64,000 nt of DNA from positions 32,001-96,000 of the IMG/VR virus record IMGVR_UViG_3300020202_000062. One strand, written 5' to 3'. The translations under genes and the position numbers were made by a program. The DNA is from a virus. Of this stretch, positions 1 to 10,765 are shown piece by piece (the stretch's first letter is position 1; each line of letters starts with the position of its first letter). The notes beneath the pieces were generated by a model. That model ran no database searches and was not told the origin of the DNA. It saw only the letters and a list, made by a program, of their open reading frames with translations.

Positions 1-58
1 ATAATGGTAACTACACCACTGAAGTAGAGCATAACAGTATCAGTAGTATCATTAGGAG

Positions 59-1009
59 ATGGGCCAGCTCAAGACAGATAGGCTGGACTTCTGGCGAGAC
101 TCCGTTTCTAGACTACATGCGAAATCTGGTCGTAAGGATTCCGACACAATGAACATAACGGTCCAAGACAAAGATGGAGTGTCTACCATCACCTATGGTT
201 GGGCTGATGGTGCTACCGAAACTATCTCGGTAAATTCAAGAGCATTGATGGTAGAGTGCAGCCGTAATCTATGGCCAACAGAGGGGTTCTTACCTGCTGC
301 GGTTCGTTGGATGAGCAAGAATCGGGACATAGTCCTGTTCGAGCGCCCGCCAATGCACGTAACAGTGGACATGGCATACGAGCGGCAAGAGTTAGCCGAG
401 ATGGAAGGTACTCAGCGCGAAGTATTTCATCTTCCCATTCCTTGGACCTTGTATCTCGTACAGTTCAACTATGTATATGATCCAATTCAGATCAACGTGT
501 TTACAAGACCAGGGCCTATTACGTCACTAGATGAAGAGATCTATCTTCTACCTCTACCGAACTTCTATATGAATGGTAAGTTGTGCAATCCAACTACACC
601 TAAGGCTGAAGTTTTCTCTCCCGATATTCACACAGGTATCCAGAGAGCATTCAATATGGTATGGAACTCTGGTTACAACCAAGACCTGTACGATTTGATG
701 AACATGGCACGAGATCTGCATCTCCCAGCCCATGGAGGGTACGGTGACTCATCCTACCTTCGTGCTTGGGAGTCCCTGAGTCTGTCTGAAGTTCTTGAGG
801 CAGAATTTCCTTATGTGTTCACGTTTGATGATTTCGAAGAAGAAGAATACGACGAAAACGACGATCCTGTTACGGGCTACGGCAACAACGATGCTAAGTC
901 ATTGCGTGATATGATCGAATACATTCAGAACTATAGCAAGTCGGTCAACAACCCATACAAATTCTCTACTACGCTAGTGAACATCGCTAGCCAACTATCC
1001 AATACCTAG
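59..1009 (+). CDS. Prokaryotic E2 family D-like (PRTRC system protein B-like) protein
   Basis: Motifs 'LPIPWTLYLV' and 'IYLLPLPNFYMNGKLC' match the E2-D pattern LY..P..N....G..C; GGAG just upstream of ATG. Confidence 0.6.
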   Translation: MGQLKTDRLDFWRDSVSRLHAKSGRKDSDTMNITVQDKDGVSTITYGWADGATETISVNSRALMVECSRNLWPTEGFLPAAVRWMSKNRDIVLFERPPMHVTVDMAYERQELAEMEGTQREVFHLPIPWTLYLVQFNYVYDPIQINVFTRPGPITSLDEEIYLLPLPNFYMNGKLCNPTTPKAEVFSPDIHTGIQRAFNMVWNSGYNQDLYDLMNMARDLHLPAHGGYGDSSYLRAWESLSLSEVLEAEFPYVFTFDDFEEEEYDENDDPVTGYGNNDAKSLRDMIEYIQNYSKSVNNPYKFSTTLVNIASQLSNT

Positions 1010-1017
1010 GAGTACAA

Positions 1018-1908
1018 GTGCAGCGTCAAGTAACGGTCTCTCGACCGGCAGGCTCTCGTGGTCTAAAGGTTGAGAACAGACTCCTCAACGGGACCTACCC
1101 TTCAGACGCTGATATGAGAGACGTAGTTGATGTTCCTGAAGTCCAGTTTCTGGAGTCACTTCAGGTAACACATGACGCGAATCTCCTACCCCCTGGTGTA
1201 TTGTGGATGTCGGCTGATGGTAAGTCCTTACTTATCCATGAGCCCCCAGCACGCAAGAGAATCAGCATGAGATGGGGAGCACTGGGTGAGTTCACGATTC
1301 CACTATCGAACTACGACCTACCCATGCCAGACCTAGTCTATGGTATCTCGCCAGCATCAAATGGCCTGCCTCATGTGAGTCATATATGGGCTGCTGAGTC
1401 TCGACCAGAAAGTTGGGAGTCCAGACTATATTGGATACCACTCCCTAATATGTGGCATACTGGTGCTATCTGTACGCATACTTTGCTTGCGGCAGAATCA
1501 GATGCGCCGTATCACTGGATGGTTAACTTAGCAATCAATGAGTTTTGGTCCTCTATCTTCAACCTCGACGTAGAGGTCTACCGAGAGAACCCACTCTATT
1601 GCTACATGCGTGACATCGTCAATGAGCCAATAGACTATCATGGTTGCGACTGCGATTACGAAGACTGTGAGGATCAGGGTGAACCCATCTACGGTGAATG
1701 GTTCGACAATCCCTACAGATTCTGGGAGTCATTGGAACTCAATGAGGTCTGGCGAAGGTTCGATGGCTACTGGCAGAGAAGTCATCGCCTGTATCAGGCA
1801 AAAGAGTTGATCAAGAACAACAGCGGCGAGTATGCTTTCGGTGGATCCGAGGCAGAGCGCCTGATGGCTGTGATGATTGCCAAAAGTTACGAAAATACTA
1901 TGGTCTAG
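1018..1908 (+). CDS. Second prokaryotic E2 family D-like protein
   Basis: 'LPMPDLVY', 'LYWIPLPNMWHTGAIC', 'FWSSIFN' parallel the upstream gene. Confidence 0.55.
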   Translation: MQRQVTVSRPAGSRGLKVENRLLNGTYPSDADMRDVVDVPEVQFLESLQVTHDANLLPPGVLWMSADGKSLLIHEPPARKRISMRWGALGEFTIPLSNYDLPMPDLVYGISPASNGLPHVSHIWAAESRPESWESRLYWIPLPNMWHTGAICTHTLLAAESDAPYHWMVNLAINEFWSSIFNLDVEVYRENPLYCYMRDIVNEPIDYHGCDCDYEDCEDQGEPIYGEWFDNPYRFWESLELNEVWRRFDGYWQRSHRLYQAKELIKNNSGEYAFGGSEAERLMAVMIAKSYENTMV

Positions 1909-1910
1909 TA

Positions 1911-1939
1911 TTGACGTTTTTGCGCGATTCCTCTATACT
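1911..1939 (+). promoter_or_regulatory. Housekeeping-sigma-type promoter
   Basis: TTGACG-N17-TATACT in the intergenic gap. Confidence 0.75.
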
Positions 1940-1973
1940 AAAGATGTAAAGATTAGTATAAAGGATGATATAG

Positions 1974-2276
1974 ATGGCGCAACAATCAAGCAGCAAAGAG
2001 CCTCTCTTCACTAGAGGGGATGTCGCCAAGATTCTAAATGTCACGCCTCTTACGATAGCGAACCGAGAGAAGACGAAGAAGTATCCTGAACCTAGGAGAG
2101 ATCTGAATAACTATCGGGTCTATTCGTTGAACGACGTTCTGAATCTACAACTGTTAACATACAATGCTCTAGATCCCAAGACGGTAATCGCTGTCATGTT
2201 CGACAAAGGTTACAAGGATCTTAAGGAATCTATGAAGATTATCGACGGAGCATTAGATAAAAGAGTGGGGGCATAG
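1974..2276 (+). CDS. MerR-type HTH DNA-binding protein
   Basis: 'FTRGDVAKILNVTPLTIANREK...PRRDLNNYRVYS'. Confidence 0.75.
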   Translation: MAQQSSSKEPLFTRGDVAKILNVTPLTIANREKTKKYPEPRRDLNNYRVYSLNDVLNLQLLTYNALDPKTVIAVMFDKGYKDLKESMKIIDGALDKRVGA

Positions 2277-2480
2277 TGGAACAGGTTAGTGATGAGCCAG
2301 AGGCTCAAACCTATCCAGAAGAAATAGAAACAGCCATCGTTGGCTTGGTAATAACCCTATGCAACCAAAAGTCCTTGTCCATTGGTATGGATGCGGCGAA
2401 ACGAGAAGTGATCAATCTTCTCGAACGGATAGTTACGGGTTTAGCAACAAGTAACGAGACTGATAAAGGATGAATATAGA

Positions 2481-2897
2481 ATGTTAGATCCAAAAAACAA
2501 CTGGACCGGTGTTGGTGGCGTCGTAGCAGACCCAGAGGTAATCAACGGCTCGATTCTCAAGATTCGAGTAGCAGTCGATTACGCTGGATCAGAGCGTGAC
2601 TCCAAGAACACCTCCGGTTACTTTGACGTTGTGTACTACCTGAACAACGAAGACAATGCACGCAATGCCAAGTGGGTTAAGTCCCAGGTTGAGGCAGGCA
2701 ACATCAAGAAGGGTTCACAGTTAGCCATTCTTGGTCGTCTAGTTCAGGAACGTTGGGAGAAGGACGGTAGCAAGGGTCAGCGTGTGGTAATCACCGCAGA
2801 AGCCCTAACCTATGCATCAAGTTCTAAGCCTGCTGGTGAGTCATCAACAGCATCAGCCGGAACTTCTAGTGTAGCAAGCCTGCCTGACGACTTCTAA
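2481..2897 (+). CDS. ssb: Single-stranded DNA-binding protein
   Basis: OB-fold pattern (KKGSQLAILGRLVQERWEKDG) and acidic C-terminal tail ending PDDF. Confidence 0.85.
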   Translation: MLDPKNNWTGVGGVVADPEVINGSILKIRVAVDYAGSERDSKNTSGYFDVVYYLNNEDNARNAKWVKSQVEAGNIKKGSQLAILGRLVQERWEKDGSKGQRVVITAEALTYASSSKPAGESSTASAGTSSVASLPDDF

Positions 2898-2898
2898 A

Positions 2899-3651
2899 AT
2901 GGCGTCAGAAGAGTTCGATGAACAAGAGGTTATCAATCTGATAGCCCAGGCTCTGGCTGATGGAGGTGCAAGTGCTCTACAGCCAGAGCGAACTCTTCCA
3001 CTAGCCTTCAATGACAGCAGGTTATTGGAAGTTCTGGCAACAAGGCTTCCTAAGTATGTACCTGTTCCAGACGTGCAAGTCATACTAGATGAACTACGAG
3101 ATGAACTGTACTCGGATGTAAATCTAGGCACATTGAAACAACTCCATATCATAGCGAAGAACTGTAGAAGATGTCCCGCTATGATCCCAGAGCCGCAAAT
3201 GCCACAATGGAACCTAGTGGATCCAGATGTGGTTTTTGTTTTAGATCAGCCAACTAATCACAAAGAGTCTATAGATCTCTTCGTATCAACACTGAAAAAG
3301 GTTGGCTTCTCCTCCTCGCGAATTATGTTGACCTATGTCAACCGCTGCTCGATGCAATCACGACAGCGTCCAGGCGCTGAGGAAATCAAGAAGTGTACTC
3401 CGTATCTGTTTGCTGAGTTGCAAATAGTCCGTCCGAAGTTGATCATGCCCCTAGGTCTTGTGCCTACAGCGGCGATCCTAGGAACAGATGTCAAGTTAGC
3501 AGATGAGCGAGGACATCTCTGTTGGCTAGGCCCTTGGGCGATTCTTCCTACCGTCAGTCCGTCTTACGTACTGAAGGGTGGAGGACACATCAAGGAGAAT
3601 TTTGAACAGGACATGCAACAAGCCTTTAACTACCTTTACGGAGAGAAATAG
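2899..3651 (+). CDS. Uracil-DNA glycosylase family 4-like protein
   Basis: CRRC, 'TYVNRC', 'RPGAEEIKKC', 'RPKLIMPLG', 'PTVSPSY'. Confidence 0.75.
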   Translation: MASEEFDEQEVINLIAQALADGGASALQPERTLPLAFNDSRLLEVLATRLPKYVPVPDVQVILDELRDELYSDVNLGTLKQLHIIAKNCRRCPAMIPEPQMPQWNLVDPDVVFVLDQPTNHKESIDLFVSTLKKVGFSSSRIMLTYVNRCSMQSRQRPGAEEIKKCTPYLFAELQIVRPKLIMPLGLVPTAAILGTDVKLADERGHLCWLGPWAILPTVSPSYVLKGGGHIKENFEQDMQQAFNYLYGEK

Positions 3652-4360
3652 TGTCAGAAGAAGAATTTAATGCGTTAGTTCAGAAAGACGTACGTCATGG
3701 ATGTACAGAAGATGAACTTAACGTACTCAAGGCGAACTTACGTGAGTGGCTCTCAGAACTAAACGCACTTAAGCGAGACGTTGAAGTCCAGTTAGGCGCA
3801 CAGAAGTCTAGAGTCTCGGCCACCCATGCAGAGATGCTCGAAAATGGATCATCTAAGGCTGATTGGCTGAAGTATAAGTCCAAAGAAGACTCATGGCGAA
3901 CAAGCGCAGTTCGATTTATGGTGTCAGTAGAGCAACGGATGCTACACGTCAAGAATCTACGAGCCGCAGCAAACGGTAACACGAAGGTAATGACTGCTTA
4001 ATGTATAGACTGTCTGACATTTCAAAGAGTGGCAATACAGTGCCGTCTAATATGTCGGACACAATGTACAATGAGTTGAAACGAAACTCTATGGGCTGGC
4101 GCTACTACTCAGGCAAGCCCATAGAACCCATAGCGGAAGCATTCATAAACATGCACGCTGCGCTAAACTCTTCTCTGGGTTATGTCTATGGCCCACGTCC
4201 TGCTTTTATAATAAGATCTGATAGAATTGAAGGCTTGATCTATGCCAACGGAGCAGTTGTGTTAGGTCGCCACAACAATTATTTAGAGTTCTGGATCGCA
4301 GAAGATACCGCAAAGCTGTTCAGGTATCCAGACCCAGAATCTTTTACTAATTAACTTCAT

Positions 4361-4433
4361 CCGGGTGTAGCTCAGCGGATAGAGCAACCGCCTTCTAAGC
4401 GGTAGGTCGGGGGTTCGAATCCCTCCACCTGGG
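4361..4433 (+). tRNA. tRNA-Arg(UCU)
   Basis: Cloverleaf; anticodon arm ACCGC-CTTCTAA-GCGGT; T-loop TTCGAAT. Confidence 0.92.
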
Positions 4434-4455
4434 CGCGAAACTAGAGGAGACGCGA

Positions 4456-4794
4456 ATGGTATATGATTACGACGAACAGTATGAGCACGGTAGAATCTCA
4501 GGGCCAGTGGTCGTGGATTTCTACGCTACATGGTGCCCGCCATGTAAAGCAATGTCGCCCATCTTGGAAGAGTTATCTAACGAGATGAACGAAGTCACAT
4601 TCCTCAAAGTGGATGTTGACACACACGAAGACCTAGTCAGACAGTATGAGATTCGATCTATGCCCACGTTCGTGGTACTGTACGATCAGGTTGAGATAGA
4701 CAGGATGATCGGTGCAACGTCAAAGGACAAGTTCCAAGAGTGGATAAGGGACTGCATCGACATAGAAGAAATCACACCCAGCCCAGACTTTTAA
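4456..4794 (+). CDS. trxA: Thioredoxin
   Basis: 'VVDFYATWCPPCK', 'IRSMPTF'. Confidence 0.92.
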   Translation: MVYDYDEQYEHGRISGPVVVDFYATWCPPCKAMSPILEELSNEMNEVTFLKVDVDTHEDLVRQYEIRSMPTFVVLYDQVEIDRMIGATSKDKFQEWIRDCIDIEEITPSPDF

Positions 4795-5458
4795 AGGATA
4801 AACTTAATGGCTGACAAACTAACCAAGGCCCAGAAGAGCGTCGATGGCGCTCTTTCTTCATTCCGCAAGGCTCACGCTGCACTAGAGAAGGCAGAGGCTT
4901 CACTCGATACTGAGGCCGAGAAGATCGCTGCCCAGATCGCAGACCTTCAGGCCAAGGCAGAGGCTGCTCAGGCACAGAAGGAGCGCACTGCTGCCGTCAA
5001 GGAAAAGATTGCGGAGTTCGTAGTCTAGTGCCACAACCATCTATCGATATCGGTGGATGGGAACACGTCGGAAACTGTTACGTAGACGCGGGTCTCATTT
5101 GGATAGGAGACCCGTGCTACGTAATGGGCGACGATGCATCCAGCCGCGTAACTGACTGGTCAGAGTTTTGTGACAAATTGTTTGCTTGTGAAGTGGACAA
5201 CGTCGCAAAACCTCTAGGCGAAGGCACTGGCATTACAGTCGGTTCTGGGTATGGTGATGGCGAATATGCTGTCTATGTCCAGCGCAGCGACGGACGTATC
5301 GCACGTGCAATGATTGAGTTCATTGGTATGGACGACTACTACCTAGAGGACGACGAAGATCCTGAATGGGATCATGCTAAATGCGGAGAGTGTGGTGACT
5401 ACCTGGATGAGGTAGGATACTGCCCTAACTGCGAGCCAGAAGAACAATTCTAGTTCTC

Positions 5459-5529
5459 GTCTCCGTAGTATAGAGGTAGAACAGATCTCTCCTAAAGATC
5501 AGGCCTGGGTTCGACTCCCAGCGGAGATG
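5459..5529 (+). tRNA. tRNA-Arg(CCU)
   Basis: GATCT-CTCCTAA-AGATC; acceptor GTCTCCG/CGGAGAT. Confidence 0.88.
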
Positions 5530-6163
5530 CTATGATAAAATGTGACTGGAACGGCCACCACGACAAGGGATATGATCCCGACACCCTTTGTCATGGTCAA
5601 TCTATATTTGAATTGATCGATCCACCCATGACATATCAAATCTGTATAGATCACGCAGAAGCCGCCGAAAGGTATGTGGAACGTTCTGGTGGTAGATCCC
5701 GCATCGATAGCAAGCCTCAGTGTAGACGTGCAAAAGCCTAGAAGTCTTTCAGATCTAATGAATGAGAGAGAAGAACTAGAGTGCTGCCTGCATTGTCAGG
5801 AAAACATCCTTGAGTTCTTCCGCCGAAACCCTACTTTCCTTGAGTATTTGATTACCGAGTGTGAGACATGAAAACCGTAGGCTACGATTGTACTTATTGT
5901 GGACTATTCATCCCTTCACTGGACGTACATTGTCCTCATGATGAAGAGTGTCCGAACCACGACTGGTGTCAATGTGACAACTATGCCCATTCTGAATGTT
6001 GCCCCGAGTGCATATGAGGATACTAGAAGGCATTAGATACTGCTCTATCTATGGCGGCATCGTGGAATGGGAAGAGGGCGAAGAAGCAGGCTGTCACTGG
6101 TGTGGCCCTGATACTTTCTTTGATCAGAATCATTCTGAAGTAGCAGTCCTAGAGTAACACCCC

Positions 6164-6235
6164 GCCTCCTTAGTATAATGGCTATTACAGTTGCCTTGTA
6201 AGCTCCAGATCTCAGTTCGATTCTGGGAGGAGGCT
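6164..6235 (+). tRNA. tRNA-Thr(UGU), anticodon stem with two mismatches
   Basis: Acceptor GCCTCCT/AGGAGGC; loop CTTGTAA; stem GTTGC/GCTCC. Confidence 0.75.
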
Positions 6236-7620
6236 CTCCCTAGTAAGAGAAAGATAGTATGCAAATACTTGTTGTTGAAGACAAGCACGACACTTCTTAT
6301 TATGCGGCTGATACTGAAGAACACCTTTATGCTGCGGCCCTTAAGATAGTTAAAGAACGTTATAGCGATGGATGGTATTACTCTATGGGGGACGAAGTAG
6401 CATGGCTGCATAAAGCTCTTGATGGAAATAATCCACAAGAGTGTGGCATGGCTGCTTGGAGACTCCTCAAGGCTCGCAGGGATTATGAATATGAGAGATG
6501 TTATCTAGATGACGTATTCGTGGTGGAACCCGCAAATGTCTAGGCGATCCAAGCGCAAGGCAGCAGAGAGAGCAGCAAGAGAGTGGGATAGGGAATACGA
6601 GAAGTGGTGGATGGAGCAGTTTGCTCAAGGCTACTCTCTCGGTCCTAGCATTCCCAAAGAACAGCAGATTGCAGAAGTGAATGCGATTGCTGTAGAGATT
6701 TTCGGCGGAAGATACTATTGCATCGGAGATGACGTTGAGTTCACGCTTAGTTCCTAACGAACCCACGTATGATGAAGTCCCAGTAGACATCTATGACCAA
6801 CTAGAAGACATAGATAACGCTCCTTATTTTGACGAAGACGGAGATTTGATCTACTATCCATATGAAGACGATTACAACGAGTACTTCTCGTACGATGACG
6901 ATGAGTACCTGGGCGCTGAGGATGACTATCCTTACGACTGGGTCGATCCATATGGAGATACATAACTAATGGCATTCCTGGTTAGACTAGAAAAAGAAGA
7001 TGCAGAGTGGCTCGCCAATCTAATGGCGACAGGTATTGAAAAAGCCAGTCGGCTAGAGGGCGGTTGGGCCAACCACATCGAACGACTCTTGGCTATCCAG
7101 ACTGCATTAGAAGAGAAAGATAAGGCAGATCATCAACCTGGCGATAAGGTTGAGCGAACTCGCCGGACTAAAGAGGAGATCGAGGCAGAGAAGCGACAGG
7201 CACTCTGCCCCGATCATCCTAAGAACCAACTCAAGAAGCGCCCTAGCACGGATTGTGATGGATGCTGGAGTGCCTACGAGCGCCTAGAGCCTATGAAGTA
7301 TGAGGCCGCACGCAGATCCTACGAGGCTTCAAAGAGGAAATGATGAAGAACTATATCGTAGATGAAGAATCCAGGAAATGGATCGAAAGCAACTACGGTA
7401 AGGGCTGCGAATATGCCTCTCCTGCCTATAGGGACAGTGCTCCTTACCTATTGGAGCGGGTTAAACAAGATCCCTATGGATACGGTCACGTCGGAATGCG
7501 GATGTGGTATGACACTCTACCCGGTAGCCAGAGTCAATGGAAATTGCTTTACGACGGCGGAACTGATACTATCATAGAGCCTTTCGATATTAAATTACAG
7601 TGTAGGCGTAAGTAAGTTCT

Positions 7621-7696
7621 GCGGCATTGGTGTTAATGGTTAGCATGTCAGTCTTCCAAACTGAAGGTAGGGGTTCGAATCCCCTATGCCGCTCCA
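7621..7696 (+). tRNA. tRNA-Gly(UCC)
   Basis: TCAGT-CTTCCAA-ACTGA; U73; encoded CCA. Confidence 0.93.
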
Positions 7697-8035
7697 AAGG
7701 AACAGGTTTGTGAATAATATAGTAGAATTAAAGGACACTCTTAGAGAGTGTCTTTCTTTTTGCCCGGACGACTACAGGGGTCCTGTATCCTTACATTCGA
7801 AGCCCGATGGTGCGAGTCTGTTTATCGTTTGGAATGGCGCATACTTTCCCACTATGAACCTACGCAGGGGTGTCTGTGGCTGGATTAGATCATATGATCT
7901 CTCCAATAATATCTGGAATCTCATCGGTCTCTATGACGAGAAGACTGGCCTTGTCAAGTGGACGGATAGCCAAGGTTATGTATATGGTTCTGTAGACGCA
8001 TTCCACAACATGGTATTCGGTAAGGGTAGACTGTC

Positions 8036-8731
8036 ATGCAAGAGGAAAGTAAGTTAGTTAAGTATCCTCGTACCATGCACCTACCGTGGTCTCCTGGCTT
8101 ACAAAACGATGACAGAGTGATAGAAGATCTGTCAGTCCTAGAATCTTGTGACGATGTAGTAGTCACAGAGAAGATGGATGGAGAGAATACTACTCTCTAT
8201 TGCGATACGGCTCATGCTAGGTCTTTGACGAGCGGCCCGCATCCATCTCGCGCCAAAGTCAAAGAACTCTGGCAAAGTCTCCGTTGGGATATTCCCCCAG
8301 GTATGCGTATCTGTGGTGAGAATATGTACGCAAAGCATTCAATCTATTATGACAGCCTCAGATCCTACTTCCTCGTCTTCAATATCTGGCTCGGAGATGT
8401 ATGTCTCTCCTGGGAAGATACAATTCTCTGGTGTGGACTTCTCGGACTCGATACAGTCCCTGTCCTATACCGTGGCAAATGGAACGAATCAGTCTGGTCC
8501 GATCCATATCATGCCGAGCGGTGGATTCGTCAAGGGCGAGATGATCATGACGGTGGCTCCGAGCGGGAAGGATTTGTTGTCCGACTGGCTGAAGAAATAC
8601 GGCTTGACGACTTCGGAAGAAGTGTGGCCAAGTATGTACGCAAAGGTCACGTACAAACAGACGAACACTGGATGTCGCAGGAAATCACGCCAAATAAACT
8701 AAGTGCGAACGTAGATAAAGATATCTACTAA
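8036..8731 (+). CDS. ATP-dependent RNA ligase (Rnl2-like family)
   Basis: 'KYPRTMHLPWS', motif I 'TEKMDGEN', 'GENMY', 'EGFVV', 'AKYVR'. Confidence 0.88.
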   Translation: MQEESKLVKYPRTMHLPWSPGLQNDDRVIEDLSVLESCDDVVVTEKMDGENTTLYCDTAHARSLTSGPHPSRAKVKELWQSLRWDIPPGMRICGENMYAKHSIYYDSLRSYFLVFNIWLGDVCLSWEDTILWCGLLGLDTVPVLYRGKWNESVWSDPYHAERWIRQGRDDHDGGSEREGFVVRLAEEIRLDDFGRSVAKYVRKGHVQTDEHWMSQEITPNKLSANVDKDIY

Positions 8732-9185
8732 TCCTACATAAACCTATCAAGGCGGTGATGATATGGAATTTGTAGGAACTTTTGGTGTTGATGACTATAG
8801 CGCACGTACTATCGAGGAACGTTTTGAGATCGATGGCTGGTTACAGTTCCATGGTATCCTGCCACTCAAAGTGCAGAGTATTCGCATCGAAGATAACCAC
8901 ATTATAGTCAACGAATATTACTTGTCATCTGAGAATAAGATGATGTACGATCGTAAGACTAAAGAAGTCGCTACTACTGAGCGTATGTATCGACTTAAGA
9001 AGGACCCTCCATTCTGGAAGGAATGATATGTTCAAGTGTTCTGCATTGGGTCATAATTGGGTACCATTATGGTCAGGTATGGGTAGGCGTGGATGCTTGA
9101 GGTGCGGTAAGATATCTGAGGAGATCCCTAATGCACAGAAAAAACGCAAGTAACCAATCGCAGGGATCGATTTAATCCCACTCAT

Positions 9186-9260
9186 TCCGGGGTAGTTCAG
9201 TGGTAGAACGGGTGACTGTTAATCACCATGTGGGGGGTTCGATTCCTCCCCCTGGAGCCA
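9186..9260 (+). tRNA. tRNA-Asn(GUU)
   Basis: GGTGA-CTGTTAA-TCACC; encoded CCA. Confidence 0.93.
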
Positions 9261-9465
9261 AGTAGAATAGGATAGGTATGTCTGCTAGAATCCATGTTTT
9301 CTGTAAGAAGCATAGCTGTTATATCGTTACCCATGAAGGACAGTTGAACATCAAACATCCGTTTGACCTACAGGACAGACGAGATATGTGGTGTCCTTAC
9401 TCTACCGAAAAGAACATGTGCGCCAACGATCCAAACGATTGGCGATTCATAATTACATAGATCAA

Positions 9466-9540
9466 GGTCCAGTGGTGAACTGGCGTATATCACACTAGTC
9501 TGTCGAACTAGAGTAGGGGGATCGATACCCCTCTGGACCG
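9466..9540 (+). tRNA. tRNA-Asp(GUC)
   Basis: CTAGT-CTGTCGA-ACTAG; acceptor GGTCCAG/CTGGACC; atypical T-loop ATCGATA. Confidence 0.85.
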
Positions 9541-9604
9541 CTTGGTATTGGAAGCATTAAGCGTCTTCCGACTCGAAACGGAATCTTATCCAATACCATA
9601 TCAA

Positions 9605-9679
9605 GCGGGTGTATCTCGGCGGTTAGAGCAACTGAATTTTAATCAGTTGGTCGGGGGTTCAAATCCCTTACGTATCGCG
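9605..9679 (+). tRNA. tRNA-Lys(UUU), degenerate acceptor/D stems (possible pseudo-tRNA)
   Basis: ACTGA-ATTTTAA-TCAGT; T arm GGGGG-TTCAAAT-CCCTT; acceptor stem imperfect. Confidence 0.6.
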
Positions 9680-9809
9680 CGAGGTGGCTTATGTTTATGA
9701 GAAACTTACGAATGTGGTTTTATGAAACTCTCATAGTTTGGGCATTCAAGAAACTTGGCTCTGATCAGTACATAAACTACAAAGAAAAAGTAAAGATCAC
9801 TAAAATCTA

Positions 9810-9885
9810 GCACGTGTAGCTCAGTGGCTAGAGCAGACGGCTCTTAACCGTAAGGTCGCGGGTTCGAATCCCTCCACGTGTACCA
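9810..9885 (+). tRNA. tRNA-Lys(CUU)
   Basis: Loop CTCTTAA; acceptor GCACGTG/CACGTGT; ends ACCA. Confidence 0.9.
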
Positions 9886-9901
9886 AAAGAACAGGAAAAC
9901 C

Positions 9902-10420
9902 ATGTCGCAACTATACGATCCCACAAGAATCGACCTGAAATTAGATCCGTTCGAGATGCGGATGACAGGTACAGCAAGGCACGGAATGGTGCCCTTCGAT
10001 GTACCTTACATCTCAGAGATCGCAGACAATCTATTCCAGGGCGGATGTGCTAACGATCTACTACTGCCTGAGAACATCAAGCATGTAGTGTCGCTGTACA
10101 AATGGGAAGCATATTCCTGCGAACATGAGTTAGATTCTGTAACTGTCGTTACTATGTACGATTCAACGTCCACACCAATCAATAGAGATCAGGTTGTGGC
10201 ACTGGCAAACTGGGTGAATGTCTGTCGTAAGACTGGACCTACCTTAGTTCATTGTCAGGCTGGTTTGAATAGGTCTTCTTTGGTCGCGGCGCTTGCCCTG
10301 ATCTTGGGGGATGGTTTGACTCCTGAGGAAGCAATTGCTACCCTCAAGGAGAGGAGATCACCTGCTTGCTTATGCAATCATGTGTTCACTGAATGGCTAC
10401 TTGAAGAGAAGTATAAGTAG
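9902..10420 (+). CDS. Dual-specificity protein/polynucleotide phosphatase
   Basis: CX5R motif 'VHCQAGLNRS'; start moved to ATG 9902 because the track start lies inside the tRNA. Confidence 0.88.
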   Translation: MSQLYDPTRIDLKLDPFEMRMTGTARHGMVPFDVPYISEIADNLFQGGCANDLLLPENIKHVVSLYKWEAYSCEHELDSVTVVTMYDSTSTPINRDQVVALANWVNVCRKTGPTLVHCQAGLNRSSLVAALALILGDGLTPEEAIATLKERRSPACLCNHVFTEWLLEEKYK

Positions 10421-10427
10421 TCAACAC

Positions 10428-10501
10428 GGGCTTGTAGTTCCAATTGGCAGAACAGCTCCTTTGCACGGAGAAGGTTGGGGGTTCGAATCCCCCCTGGTCC
10501 A
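10428..10501 (+). tRNA. tRNA-Ala(UGC)
   Basis: Loop TTTGCAC; G3:U70 identity pair; A73. Confidence 0.88.
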
Positions 10502-10565
10502 CGGGGTAGTAGTCGATGAAAGCAGAGCGTACGGCTGCATGAGGTTGCTATACCCAGTATTTCTT

Positions 10566-10621
10566 GGGCTAGTCGCATTGGTAAATACTAGTTGTTGCGG
10601 GTTCGAATCCCGTCTAGTCCA
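10566..10621 (+). ncRNA. Minimal tRNA-Ala-like RNA (acceptor stem + T arm, no D/anticodon cloverleaf)
   Basis: GGGCTAG/CTAGTCC with G3:U70 and A73; GCGGG-TTCGAAT-CCCGT; only 24 nt between acceptor 5' strand and T stem. Confidence 0.7.
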
Positions 10622-10622
10622 C

Positions 10623-10765
10623 TGTGGTGCCTTTAGGTTGGAGTCACACAAGATTAACCGAAGCACAATTGCATGGTAAAGTGACCTGTAAATCATGCAG
10701 CCACACAATACGGGTCGATAAAGTTGCGGCTGAGATCGACAGTTGGCGGAGTCCGCAAAACTCAC
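10623..10765 (+). ncRNA. Putative structured RNA (kissing-loop junction plus pseudoknot)
   Basis: Several complementary segments between tRNA genes (see findings). Confidence 0.45.
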
